A stretch of 64,000 nucleotides of DNA from Candidatus Parvarchaeum sp. (GCA_020724955.1 DYFY01000002.1:28864-92863), one strand, 5' to 3'. Shown: positions 1 through 9,358, counted from the first letter of the stretch. Made by a program: numbers and translations. The notes: a model not told the origin generated them from the sequence alone.

Positions 1-34
1 TGATTTTCGCGTTTTCTCCCTCGAGAAAACCCGT

Positions 35-73
35 AGGACATAGTGTGATTACGCTTAATTATTCTTTTCTAAG
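35..73 (+). repeat. Left copy of an imperfect inverted repeat (blocks AGGACATAG / GCTTAA / TTTCTAAG); partner at 2423-2465
   Basis: The three blocks recur in the same order in the reverse complement of 2423-2465. Confidence 0.4.
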
Positions 74-136
74 CATGCTTCCAAAGACAATTTTAGCAAA
101 AGAACATTTAAAATAAAGAAATACTTATTTTCCTAT

Positions 137-430
137 ATGAACATATTATTTGAAGTAACAGATAAAACTGGAAGGAAAATAAGACTGACTAAAGAGCAAT
201 GGTCGAAGATTAGAAAAAAGCATCCAGAAGTTGAACACGAAGATTTGCTAAAAGAAACAATAGAAAAGCCAACAAAAATTACACATCACAGTTTTGATGA
301 AACCATGTATAAGTTCTACAAACACTACAAAAATAAACCTTATCCAGAAAAATTCCTTATGGTTCTCGTTAAGTATTTAAATGGAGACGGCTTTGTAGTC
401 ACGTCTTATTACATGGACAAAATAGGCTAA
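137..430 (+). CDS. Small toxin-like protein (DUF4258-like, RNase-fold candidate)
   Basis: 97-aa ORF; N-terminal I.LT.EQW..I..KHPEV pattern typical of small toxin families; 1-nt gap to the next ORF. Confidence 0.5.
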   Translation: MNILFEVTDKTGRKIRLTKEQWSKIRKKHPEVEHEDLLKETIEKPTKITHHSFDETMYKFYKHYKNKPYPEKFLMVLVKYLNGDGFVVTSYYMDKIG

Positions 431-431
431 A

Positions 432-674
432 ATGGAAGAATCATACGAAGTTCATTATGAAAAAGAATCCGACTTCTTAGAGGTCTTATTTGGAGAACCA
501 TCCAAATCCATAACTACTGAAGTTCAAGAAGGTGTTTTTGTAAGAAAAGACATCAAAACTGGAGAAATAAAAAGTGTTGGAATTGTAGGATTTGGAAAGA
601 GAGTTCAACTTCTGAAGAAAATACTGGCCTCCTACAATAAAAAATTTCCGCTGGAAATAAGTATTTCTAATTAA
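432..674 (+). CDS. DUF2283-like small protein (putative antitoxin partner)
   Basis: 80-aa ORF; YEKESDFLEV...G.IVGF pattern resembles DUF2283 (YD.E.D.LYI...G.I.GIE); tightly coupled to 137-430. Confidence 0.5.
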   Translation: MEESYEVHYEKESDFLEVLFGEPSKSITTEVQEGVFVRKDIKTGEIKSVGIVGFGKRVQLLKKILASYNKKFPLEISISN

Positions 675-880
675 ATCTTTGAAAGTTAGACTAAAAATCT
701 GTTCGAACGAAGAGAACAATTACAGAGTATTTGAGAGATTTATTTTTTGGATATTGAGCGTCCATTTAATGGCTCGAGTGAGGCATGAAGACTCCTCGAG
801 GGGTAGAATTACTTGAAGAGCTTTTTGGAGCGTAATTGCGAAGCTATTGGTCGGTTTAAGGAAGAGCGCTCTTTTTTGTT

Positions 881-900
881 TCTTTTTTTGAAAAAAAGAA
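881..900. terminator. T7/A7 palindrome between convergent genes (oligo-T on both strands)
   Basis: tctttttttg aaaaaaagaa lies between the stop of 432-674 (+) and the stop of 903-1649 (-). Confidence 0.3.
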
Positions 901-902
901 GA

Positions 903-1649
903 CTATTTTTTGGCTTGTTTCCACATCGTTTCAAAGTATTTAAGATAAGATCTTGCAACATTTTTATCTTTGATTAAAAACAAAACAGGCTCTTCAGTCC
1001 AAACAATAATAGCGACCTTATCATCCTGTATGTGAGTTTCAGTCAGTGGCTCAAAATCTCTCTCAAAATACCTTATTTCTGTATATCTTCCACCTATCCT
1101 TCTTCCGAAACCTCTTATTGATGGATTAAAAATCATCTTAGTTTTCACTTTATTTTTTACTCTTTTCAAAGTATAATTCTCCCAGAATATATCTCCCATT
1201 ATTTCTATAGACTCTTGCGGAGCTCCAAAAACATAAAAATTCTTGCTTAACGTATCATTATAAAAGGATTTGATAGCCTTAACACCTCTATAAACCTGAG
1301 CTTCCTGCTCATATGGTTCCTTCTTCTTTATTCTTTTAATTTCCTCCGTCAGTTTACTTGCCAATTCCTTTTTCTCATCTAATTCTTTCTGTTCTTGGCT
1401 AAAAAGTTCCTGAAAGGCTCTTGGCGGAGCTATTTGGAACACCCTTCTATTGCCCTCTAGAACAAATGTTACTAGACCTTTATCGATCAGTTTTTCGAGA
1501 TTATCATAAACAATATTTTTATGAAATTTCGTTTCCTTTATTAATCGACCTGCGTCTGCCTTTCCGAATTTTGCCAAAGCCAGATAAACTTTAGACTCGT
1601 TTTTATTAAATCCCATTTTAATCAAATCTCCTAGTTCCATAGTAGTCAT
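903..1649 (-). CDS. TrmB-family transcriptional regulator
   Basis: 248 aa; N-terminal winged-helix segment (NESKVYLALAKFGKADAGRLIKETKFHKNIVYDNLEKLIDKGLV) followed by a coiled-coil linker, as in TrmB. Confidence 0.75.
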   Translation of the reverse strand: MTTMELGDLIKMGFNKNESKVYLALAKFGKADAGRLIKETKFHKNIVYDNLEKLIDKGLVTFVLEGNRRVFQIAPPRAFQELFSQEQKELDEKKELASKLTEEIKRIKKKEPYEQEAQVYRGVKAIKSFYNDTLSKNFYVFGAPQESIEIMGDIFWENYTLKRVKNKVKTKMIFNPSIRGFGRRIGGRYTEIRYFERDFEPLTETHIQDDKVAIIVWTEEPVLFLIKDKNVARSYLKYFETMWKQAKK

Positions 1650-1696
1650 ATACTATGACTACCTATTTTTAAAAGTTGTTATTTGAGTAATTTTAA

Positions 1697-2044
1697 ATGC
1701 AAAAAACAAAATTGTCTATTATGAATAGAGGAATGTGGCGTCCAATTTCGTTAATCGGAGCAGTGGGTGCGTTTCTATCAGGAGGATACGCGTTATTTCA
1801 AGAGTATCAATCAAGTAAAATGATTAGCTCTGCTATAGAAAGACTTCCAGAAACGGAAAGACTATTCGAATCTCATGTGCGTTTCGAATTACCTCAAGAG
1901 GAAAGAGAACAAATAGAAAATTGTTGGGAAAGAGCTACTTATGGAGTAGGTGGAATGATTTTTGGTGGTGTTTTGTTTGGTCTAGGGATGCTCAAATATA
2001 CTAAAATAAGAGAAATTGAGTGTAAAAATGAAACAAGAAATTAA
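1697..2044 (+). CDS. Hypothetical membrane protein
   Basis: 115-aa ORF with two hydrophobic segments; ATG start. Confidence 0.45.
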   Translation: MQKTKLSIMNRGMWRPISLIGAVGAFLSGGYALFQEYQSSKMISSAIERLPETERLFESHVRFELPQEEREQIENCWERATYGVGGMIFGGVLFGLGMLKYTKIREIECKNETRN

Positions 2045-2297
2045 ACTGACTAGGAAATATTTTCAAAGGGTTGTCGAAGAGACAAAAGAAAAAGGAATTG
2101 GCAATGTAATTGTTTATGATTTAAGCAGGACATTTAGAGATTTGATTATGTTAGCAAGAATCGGTTTTGCCACATTGGATAAAAATATGGCTAGGAATGA
2201 TTATGAAAAAGTCGCATTTAAGCATGGTAAGGATTGGTGGTCCACTCAAACAGATAGATATCAGACCTATCTATGGAAAGACACCTCAAAAGATTAA
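2028..2297 (+). CDS. Hypothetical protein
   Basis: ORF-track 2016 start is TTG; first ATG is at 2028 and overlaps the upstream stop. Confidence 0.4.
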   Translation: MKQEIKLTRKYFQRVVEETKEKGIGNVIVYDLSRTFRDLIMLARIGFATLDKNMARNDYEKVAFKHGKDWWSTQTDRYQTYLWKDTSKD

Positions 2298-2422
2298 AAA
2301 TGGAAAGAACCAGAGAGCTCCTATCATAAGCCCTGTAAGATTCTATCATTTCTAAATAAACTCTTGACTCTGGCAAGACAATTTGTTTTCCGAAGGAAAC
2401 CCGAACCAGCTCGTTTTAACCT

Positions 2423-2465
2423 CTTAGAAATTTCGCTTAAGCATAATTAAACTTGTCTATGTCCT
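2423..2465 (-). repeat. Right (inverted) copy of the 35-73 repeat
   Basis: Reverse complement reads AGGACATAG...GCTTAAGCG...TTTCTAAG. Confidence 0.4.
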
Positions 2466-2535
2466 CAAGTATTTTCCTGTGTTCGAGATCCTTACCCGAG
2501 CGGTATTTTCGTAAGAAAATTGCGTTTAAATGAAA

Positions 2536-2853
2536 TTAAACCCCAAACCAAGGGGGTCGAGCTTCTTCCTGTCTGGCCATACCTGCAACTTCTTGGGCCC
2601 TATCAACATCTCCTACCTGTTGGTATGCCCATTGAGCAAGGCGAAGTTTGCAATGCTCACTAGAAGAAGAAGAATAAAAATCAGCAGCCTGTCTCAGCAC
2701 TTCTTGAGGTAGTGAGATCTCATAAAATTTAACTTTTTCTAATGTTCCTCTAAATCTTCCTTAAGCTATACGTTCAGCCACCCAATCAATAGCCTTGGCT
2801 TTCCTTCTCTCATCCGGCTTTTTCTTTTCGATCATTTCAAGTGTAATATCCAT
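2536..2853 (-). pseudogene. 105-codon reading frame interrupted by one in-frame TAA (codon 31)
   Basis: ATG at 2853, TAA at 2763-2761, then 74 more sense codons in the same frame with no start of their own, ending at TAA 2538-2536. Confidence 0.35.
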
Positions 2854-3101
2854 AACAATTCAATAAATTGGCTATTTAAAAGTCTTTCGTCAATGTGTTT
2901 AAAAGTAGCTCGGGGATGTAGGATTGAGAATTTTTTCTGTTAAAAAAATCCGCAAAGATAAACTTCTTTTAATCTCCCTTACCCGCACTTTTTCGAAGAA
3001 AAAAGGTTAAGCACCGGGCGCATTCGGCGCTTCGCGCCTCATTAAATAATTAATGCAATTTTTTCTTTGAATTCAAGCCCGACCAAATTTCCCGAATTTA
3101 A

Positions 3102-3422
3102 TCAAAACTTAAAAATCTCTCCAACAAAATCCTCTATCTCTTTCTTTTTCTTGACATTAAGAGAAACTTCCAATCCATAATTAGTTGGCTTTGACAGCAA
3201 AAAATTATTTTTCAACAATTCATCTATAGACTTTTTTACTTCTTTCCTGCTCCTCAAATTATCAGGCAATCCCTTGGCAAGATTATGAATACTGGTATGT
3301 TTGTGCATCCAAAATCTATGTCTCAACATTTTCCTAAGAATAAACCTCTTTATCTCTTTTTTGATTTCCTCATCCACCTGCCAATAAATCCCATAAGTTT
3401 TATATACTTTTTGGAGCTCCAA
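3102..3422 (-). CDS. Hypothetical protein
   Basis: 106-aa ORF, basic, no recognised motif. Confidence 0.45.
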   Translation of the reverse strand: MELQKVYKTYGIYWQVDEEIKKEIKRFILRKMLRHRFWMHKHTSIHNLAKGLPDNLRSRKEVKKSIDELLKNNFLLSKPTNYGLEVSLNVKKKKEIEDFVGEIFKF

Positions 3423-3497
3423 TTTAGCAATTACTTTTTCACTATCCTTGTCTATTAAAATAGAAATGCTTAAATATTCTCATTGCACAAACCACTT

Positions 3498-3827
3498 ATG
3501 GAAAACGAAGAAGTTAGTATATTTGTCGAGTACTTTGGAGGGTCTGCTTACATAAAAGTATTAGACTTTCTGATAAGTGGGTATGGTTTCGATTACAGCA
3601 TGACTGAAATAGCCCGTGGAGCAAATGTCGGATGGAGTTCATTCACAAATGTTTGGGCCAAACTGCTGGAAAAAAAAATCATAGTAAAAACCAGAAATGT
3701 TGGAAACGCAAAACTTTTCACATTGAACAAAGAGAGTGAATTCGTCAAGAAAATCGTTAAGCTAGACTGGGAATTGACAAAACTAGCCACAGATAGTTTT
3801 CTAAGTGAAAAAGAAATTAAAGCCTAA
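3498..3827 (+). CDS. Winged-helix DNA-binding protein (putative regulator)
   Basis: DYSMTEIARGANVGWSSFTNVWAKLLEKKIIVKTRNVGNAKLF resembles an HTH plus wing; first ATG at 3498 (track start is TTG). Confidence 0.5.
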   Translation: MENEEVSIFVEYFGGSAYIKVLDFLISGYGFDYSMTEIARGANVGWSSFTNVWAKLLEKKIIVKTRNVGNAKLFTLNKESEFVKKIVKLDWELTKLATDSFLSEKEIKA

Positions 3828-3847
3828 CATGCCAATCTCAAGCCTAA

Positions 3848-4191
3848 ATGGAATTAAAAAACCTAAACAATAGGGTATGCAAATTTGATTATATTAATAG
3901 CGATATTCTATTAGGAGATGGAGGATTATTTTCAATAAAAAAAGAAATACAAAGCACATAAAATAACAGGTTATAAAAAACTTCCCGATTGATCAGTTCA
4001 AATAATATTTAGCAAAAAGAGGATTATTACTTCTGAAAGTTATTGGGCTCAAATATGGGTTAAAAAGTTAGATGAAACCATTGATTATTTCACAAAACTG
4101 AAAAAAATATTGAACAAGTTAGGAATTTCAACATCGTCCAGAAAAAAACATAATAAACCTACAGGAAAAATAAAAATCAGCTCCCCAAACT
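3848..4191 (+). pseudogene. Possible decayed LAGLIDADG-type homing endonuclease remnant
   Basis: 37-aa ORF with ILLGDGGL (LAGLIDADG-like), then a start-less fragment in another frame ending ...LKKILNKLGISTS... Confidence 0.25.
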
Positions 4192-5070
4192 AGTCACAAT
4201 CTTCTCGCCTTCTCTAATAAGAACTGTGTGTTCAGCCTGTGCAACTTTCCCTCCAGAGACTTCAACTAACTGTGGATACTGATGCAACAAACCAGCTTGT
4301 TCCATCTGCCTCAAAGCCAGCAATCCACGGCTTCCAAACTTCTTAACTATCCAGCGCACGCAGAATGGAAGCCCGCGATATTCAGAATCAATAAAAGCCA
4401 AAACTTCTCTGGCAAAATTATCTCTCACATTTCCAGAACCGGAAAGCTGATAAATTCCAGAAGGCTTTCCATCCCTAACTTTTCCATTCCCGTTTGTAGC
4501 AAATGGCTCAACTGCATAAACTCCTTCATCCAGAGTAAAACTGCTGCCGTTATCATAATTAGGAATATTCAACCCGGCATGCAAATCATATCTCTTAATC
4601 TCATGTCCTGACAAATTCTGCACAGGAGAAAACCCTTCCTTAATAATAGCATTCTGAATCGCAAGCCCGACATCTCTAATTCTAATTCCATATCCAATAG
4701 TATTCAGCGCATGTCTCAAAGCTTCTTCAGCAGCGCTAATCAGCCTCCTATTCTCTTCGCTGTTTTCTAAGTCAACAGAAAAAGCAGTGTCAGCAACATA
4801 TCCATCTATCTGTATACCAATGTCAACTTTTAACAGCCCTCTGGCAATCTCCCCACTTTCAGGAGCAGGAGTTGAATGCGCTGCAACTTCATCAATACTT
4901 AAATTAACCGGGAAAGCAGGTTTGGCTCCAAGCTCTGCGATCTTAACATCAATCTTTTCGGCAATCTCAAACAATAGCGCTCCGGGCTTTACAATTTCCC
5001 TGGCATAAGCTACAACTTCCCGTGCGATTCTGCCAGCCTCAATACTCTTCTCTCTCTCTTCGACATTCAT
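4177..5070 (-). CDS. map: Methionine aminopeptidase, type 2 (archaeal)
   Basis: Pita-bread fold pattern (IDEVAAHSTP, D..ADTAF, SGHEI, EHT); first ATG at 5070. Confidence 0.9.
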   Translation of the reverse strand: MNVEEREKSIEAGRIAREVVAYAREIVKPGALLFEIAEKIDVKIAELGAKPAFPVNLSIDEVAAHSTPAPESGEIARGLLKVDIGIQIDGYVADTAFSVDLENSEENRRLISAAEEALRHALNTIGYGIRIRDVGLAIQNAIIKEGFSPVQNLSGHEIKRYDLHAGLNIPNYDNGSSFTLDEGVYAVEPFATNGNGKVRDGKPSGIYQLSGSGNVRDNFAREVLAFIDSEYRGLPFCVRWIVKKFGSRGLLALRQMEQAGLLHQYPQLVEVSGGKVAQAEHTVLIREGEKIVTSLGS

Positions 5071-5174
5071 TTTTCCACTCAAACTCAATTGTATTTATAC
5101 TTAATTATTCTTATAACTATTATCTAATAACAACAAATAGAAAAGTTTAAATACCTCCAAGAAGCTGAGATTGT

Positions 5175-5468
5175 ATGAACAGAGAAAGATCGATACCTCC
5201 AAGGATTAAGATAACTTTTTTAGATAATGGGAATAGAAAAATAGCTACCTATGACACTGACATGGAAGGAAGCTTGGAAAGAACATATGGGTGCTTGGTT
5301 GTAGCCTACGAAGGAGGTCAACTTTCCGAAGGAAGATTTCTTCAGTATAGAAGAGATCTAATTAAGTTAGGCATGGAACCAACACAAGAAGACAGAGCAA
5401 AATTTGCTCCTGTTGAACAATTGATAAACGAAATAACTCGCCAGTCGAAAGAAGAAAATCCAAGATGA
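5175..5468 (+). CDS. Hypothetical protein
   Basis: 97-aa ORF, ATG start. Confidence 0.4.
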   Translation: MNRERSIPPRIKITFLDNGNRKIATYDTDMEGSLERTYGCLVVAYEGGQLSEGRFLQYRRDLIKLGMEPTQEDRAKFAPVEQLINEITRQSKEENPR

Positions 5469-5794
5469 TTTTAAAAAAATCATCTTTACTGCAAATAATA
5501 ATAAACAACAAATTTGGAGAAAGACTAACGGCATAAAAAGTCACAAATAGTAATAAGAGGTCAAAATAGCAAATTAAGCATAATTTACGACCCATCAGCA
5601 AAGGGTGGAAGCCAAGACAGAGAAACTTTCGAGTACTGTGTAAAACAAATAGAGCAAGCTTTCGCCGAGGGAATCATAGATCATGAAGAGAGAGATTCAC
5701 TAAGAGACAAGCTTAATGAAAGAACACATGATTATCTTATGGAAATCTATCCTAGACAAGATATGACTGGAAACTCGGATTTATTCTGGAAATT

Positions 5795-6280
5795 CTAACT
5801 TCTCCTAATACGCCTTTCTTTTGGAACATAATTAAAAATTTTTTCGCCGTTTGAAAGCCCGCACCCGATAAAATCACTTTCATGCTTCAGGATAACAACT
5901 CCCCCAAAATCTCCAGGATTCTTAGGCTTAAACTCCAAATCTCCAATAACTAAATCAGCTCCACTCATCCAGCTCTCCAATTCAGATTCATTAAGCTCAA
6001 TAATTCCCTTATCAATCTGATCAGCAAAAAAATGCGTTCCATCCAAGCTCAGCCTAAACCCGGCTTCTTCAATCTTGAACAAATAAAGCCCGACTATTTC
6101 AACATTTGCAATTTCACCAAGTTCTTTAATTTCTTCTCGGGTCATGCTGCCGGAAAATCCCCGCATTTTTTCCTTTCCGGTTTCAATTAATATCCCTGGG
6201 ATTTCGGAAATCCCAAAACTCTCTTTAAGTCTCTCAACAATTCTCCGCTTCTCATTTGATTTTATGAATTTAACTTTCAT
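5795..6280 (-). CDS. PUA-domain protein (Nip7-like), coupled to the RNA methyltransferase
   Basis: 161 aa; C-terminal GCGLSNGEKIFNYVPKERRIR resembles Nip7/PUA; 4-nt overlap with the upstream gene. Confidence 0.55.
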   Translation of the reverse strand: MKVKFIKSNEKRRIVERLKESFGISEIPGILIETGKEKMRGFSGSMTREEIKELGEIANVEIVGLYLFKIEEAGFRLSLDGTHFFADQIDKGIIELNESELESWMSGADLVIGDLEFKPKNPGDFGGVVILKHESDFIGCGLSNGEKIFNYVPKERRIRRS

Positions 6281-7236
6281 CTCACTTCCTCCTTCAATCT
6301 CAATTTAGTAACAAAAAAACCTTCACTATCATTATCCTGAGGGTAAATCCTGCAAGCTTTTTCGGCACCTTCATTAAATTTCCTCCCCTCCCACGTTTTT
6401 AAACCTGGGCGGCATTTTAACGGCAGTTTCGCCCTTTGAATCTCAACAGGAAAATTCTTCAAAGCAAAATCAATAACCTCTTCATTTTCCTCAGGAGCAT
6501 GTGTGCAGGTGCTGTAAACCATCTCGCCTCCGACTTTCAAACATTTAATCGCGCTGGCAAACAGTTTTTTCTGTTCTCTTGCCAGCTTGTTAACAACTTT
6601 GAAATTCCACATTAAAAAAGTCTTGGGGGAACTCCTTAAAGTTCCCTCTCCAGAACAAGGAACATCAAGCAGAATTTTATCAAACTTCCAACCCTTCTTG
6701 GCAAACTTTTCACAAAGCTGAACTCCATCATTCCTGGTCACAATAGCATTGCTAACCCCGGCTCTCTCCAAGTTAGCAGCCAAGATTTTAACTCTGTTCA
6801 AATCTTTGTCGTTGGCAATTATGGTGCCTTTATTTTTCATCCTGGCAGAAATTTGTGTCGTCTTGCTTCCAGGAGAAGCACACAAATCCAAAACAAACTC
6901 CCCTGGCTTCGGATCTAAAGCAAGTACAGACATCATGCTTGAAACTTCCTGCACATAAAAATACCCAAGCAAATGCTCAATCGCATTTCCCAGCTCTCCA
7001 GGACCTAAATCCGTGAGAACCAGCATAATCTCCGGAAAATCCTTAAACAGTTGTTCAACGTCCCAGCGCTTTCTCAATTTCCCAAGCAGTTTTTTAGGAC
7101 TTATTTTGAGAGTATTGCACCTTATAAAATTTCTTGGCCCTGTGTGCACTATTTTTCTAAAAGATTCAAAATCCTCCTCTCTACCAAGAAGTTTTTTCAT
7201 GCGCTCCTCAAAAAGAGGCTTCATTTGATACACCAT
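6277..7236 (-). CDS. NOL1/NOP2/Sun-family RNA cytosine-C5 methyltransferase
   Basis: DLCASPGSKT (SAM site), DVPCSGEGT and YSTCT catalytic cysteine motifs. Confidence 0.9.
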   Translation of the reverse strand: MVYQMKPLFEERMKKLLGREEDFESFRKIVHTGPRNFIRCNTLKISPKKLLGKLRKRWDVEQLFKDFPEIMLVLTDLGPGELGNAIEHLLGYFYVQEVSSMMSVLALDPKPGEFVLDLCASPGSKTTQISARMKNKGTIIANDKDLNRVKILAANLERAGVSNAIVTRNDGVQLCEKFAKKGWKFDKILLDVPCSGEGTLRSSPKTFLMWNFKVVNKLAREQKKLFASAIKCLKVGGEMVYSTCTHAPEENEEVIDFALKNFPVEIQRAKLPLKCRPGLKTWEGRKFNEGAEKACRIYPQDNDSEGFFVTKLRLKEEVR

Positions 7237-7260
7237 AGCTCCTCTAGAAAAACAAGGGTT

Positions 7261-7725
7261 TTAAGCTTTCTCCAGGTCAGCGCTTCCAAATAAGACACTA
7301 AATTGCTCACACCATATCAAAACCTTATCATACATCTCAAAATCTACCTCACTCGGTAGTTCATAATTCTGATCTCCAATATTACCCTTTAAATCGCCAA
7401 GACTAATATAACTTTCAGCTTCCAAATCCTCAGACAAATAAACTTTCAAGTCAGGTCCATTGATGCTTTCAAAATCCTCAAGCCTCAGATATCTAACCCC
7501 AGAATCTTCAATAATTTTCGCATCTCCGGAAACTTTATGAAAAGAGTCTGCTCCGATAAAGCTTCCAGAGTAAATCTCTTCCACGCCGAGATTAGTTGAT
7601 CCAATAGAAGTCACAGGACTTGGTTCATCGACTGGGCTGTCTATAAATAGAGGAGATGCTAAATACCACAAAATAAACAAAACAGCAATTCCAACAACAA
7701 CTCCGACAATAATTTTTTTGTTCAT
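7261..7725 (-). CDS. Membrane-anchored DM13-domain protein
   Basis: N-terminal TM helix; H.VSGDAKII......YLRLEDFESINGPDLKVYL matches the DM13 pattern. Confidence 0.6.
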   Translation of the reverse strand: MNKKIIVGVVVGIAVLFILWYLASPLFIDSPVDEPSPVTSIGSTNLGVEEIYSGSFIGADSFHKVSGDAKIIEDSGVRYLRLEDFESINGPDLKVYLSEDLEAESYISLGDLKGNIGDQNYELPSEVDFEMYDKVLIWCEQFSVLFGSADLEKA

Positions 7726-7775
7726 GTTAAAAAAAGCAAGAGGTTGTTTAAATAGCTTTAGTCAGCTTTAGAAAA

Positions 7776-8286
7776 CTAGCGATTAAACAAGCCGTAGGGC
7801 TCGGGCAAGTAAGAAAGAATATCTTGAATACAAACATCTAATGGTCTGTTTATGTCTATGACAGTTCCATAATCAAATTCTGTTGATTTCTTATATACGG
7901 CTCGTGCGGCGTCTGCACCATGTGTTTTACCTCGTTCTTCATCTCTTGCTATGCAGACTTCCAACGGGGCTTTTAGAGTAAAAACATGATGCGGAAAATC
8001 CAATCTTTTGATTAAATCATCAATTTGAGATTTCCAGTAAAAATTGCCATCAAACACAACAGGTCTTTTGCTATCCAAAATCCGCTTTGCTTCAGGAGCA
8101 ATAATTTCATTTGCCTTGATGAAACTCTTCTGGGAAATGTATCCCTCTTCTTTTTCTTCCGTAAGATTGTGTTCATCAAGGATTCTACTACGGCAAAGTA
8201 TTTTGCGTTTAAATTTTGGATAGCTTTTCAGCTATTGTGGATTTTCCGCATCCTAATGGTCCACGAATGATAATGTAAAAGCCCAT
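7776..8286 (-). pseudogene. P-loop kinase/ATPase gene with a frameshift
   Basis: ATG at 8286 gives MGFYIIIRGPLGCGKSTIAEKLSKI then TAA; the rest (..RILDEHNL...VVFDGNFYW...) continues in another frame after an A/T run. Confidence 0.6.
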
Positions 8287-8528
8287 AGAATGTTGTAAAC
8301 GATAGCCGTATATAAGTTTTGCCGAAGCCCTCTAAATAAAAAGGCCAAAGCAGTTTTAACTCACCTTTTTTGAAAAATTCCATTTTGTTCCCTCTTAAAC
8401 TTATAACAATTTTAACACTTATTAACTTATCTTAAAAGCTGTGACTTGCCGAAAGTTATTTAAACGACAACTCCCTAAATAATTATATACAAGCCCCAGG
8501 CTTGCCCTGCAAACCTGGGTTTTTCAAA

Positions 8529-9074
8529 ATGATAAAAGTAGCTATTTTTATTGATGGTAATAATTTCTATTTTGGATTAAAAAAGTTATATGGCGATGAT
8601 TTTAAGGCAATGAAATTCAATTTTGAGAAGTTCTGTAATTTTATAGCTAATAAAAGAGAAATAGCTAATATATTCTATTACAACGCCCCCTTAGATATCA
8701 CCAAGGATATTGAAAAATATAAACTCCAACAAAGGTTCTTTGATAAGATTAGTAGAATTCCAAAATTTAATCTTGTTTTGTGTAAAATGGTTAAAAGGAG
8801 AATTAAAGGAACAAATGAATTTTATTATGTCCTCAAAGAAGACGATATTCATATGGCAGTTGATTTAGTTAAGGGGGCTTTCAAAAATACATATGATGAA
8901 GCGATTCTCGTTTCTGGAGATGGCGATTTTGTGCCAGCTGTTAAAGTTGCAAGAGAAGAGAAGAAAAAAGTTGAGAATATCTATTTCAAGAAAAGTGCCT
9001 CCACAAATTTAAAACAAAATTGTGACAAGTCTTTTCTGTTAAGAAAAGAGCTTCTTGATAAATTTTTTGATTGA
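8529..9074 (+). CDS. NYN-domain (LabA/DUF88-like) putative ribonuclease
   Basis: VAIFIDGNNFYFG..., ...EDDIHMAVDL..., ILVSGDGDFVPAV acidic motifs; first ATG at 8529 (track start is TTG). Confidence 0.8.
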   Translation: MIKVAIFIDGNNFYFGLKKLYGDDFKAMKFNFEKFCNFIANKREIANIFYYNAPLDITKDIEKYKLQQRFFDKISRIPKFNLVLCKMVKRRIKGTNEFYYVLKEDDIHMAVDLVKGAFKNTYDEAILVSGDGDFVPAVKVAREEKKKVENIYFKKSASTNLKQNCDKSFLLRKELLDKFFD

Positions 9075-9194
9075 AAAGTGCCCAATTAAATTCTCTGCGA
9101 AGCAGGCTATTTGTGCCGAAGGCACCGAGGCGATTCACATTTGACAACAATTTCTCCTATTGGATGGGAGAGAATTCTTAATTTGGACGCAATC

Positions 9195-9358
9195 TGGGAA
9201 CATCGCGATTAAGCGACCTGAAAGGCTCGAGGTGGAGAAATTTTTCCCTCGACGAAGTCAGAGCTGGAAAAATTGCGGAACGCTCGAGTGTTTTTGCGTA
9301 GCAAAAATATGGGTGGATGAGCCTGCAAGGCGAAGTAACCGCTTAATCGCTGTTAGTT
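9195..9358. repeat. Hairpin site S1 (R2 type): TGGGAAC...GTTAGTT
   Basis: AACA 9199-9202 pairs with TGTT 9351-9354; GCGATTAAGCG 9205-9215 pairs with CGCTTAATCGC 9340-9350; near-identical copy at 11149-11313. Confidence 0.7.

Noticed and set aside
5529-5798. 90-codon open frame (...ETFEYCVKQIEQAFAEGIIDHEERDSLRDKL...)
   Set aside because: It has no ATG, GTG or TTG start until the last 16 codons. It is in the same frame as ORF 5175-5468, but six stop codons separate them. It may be a gene relic, but I cannot support it as a CDS.
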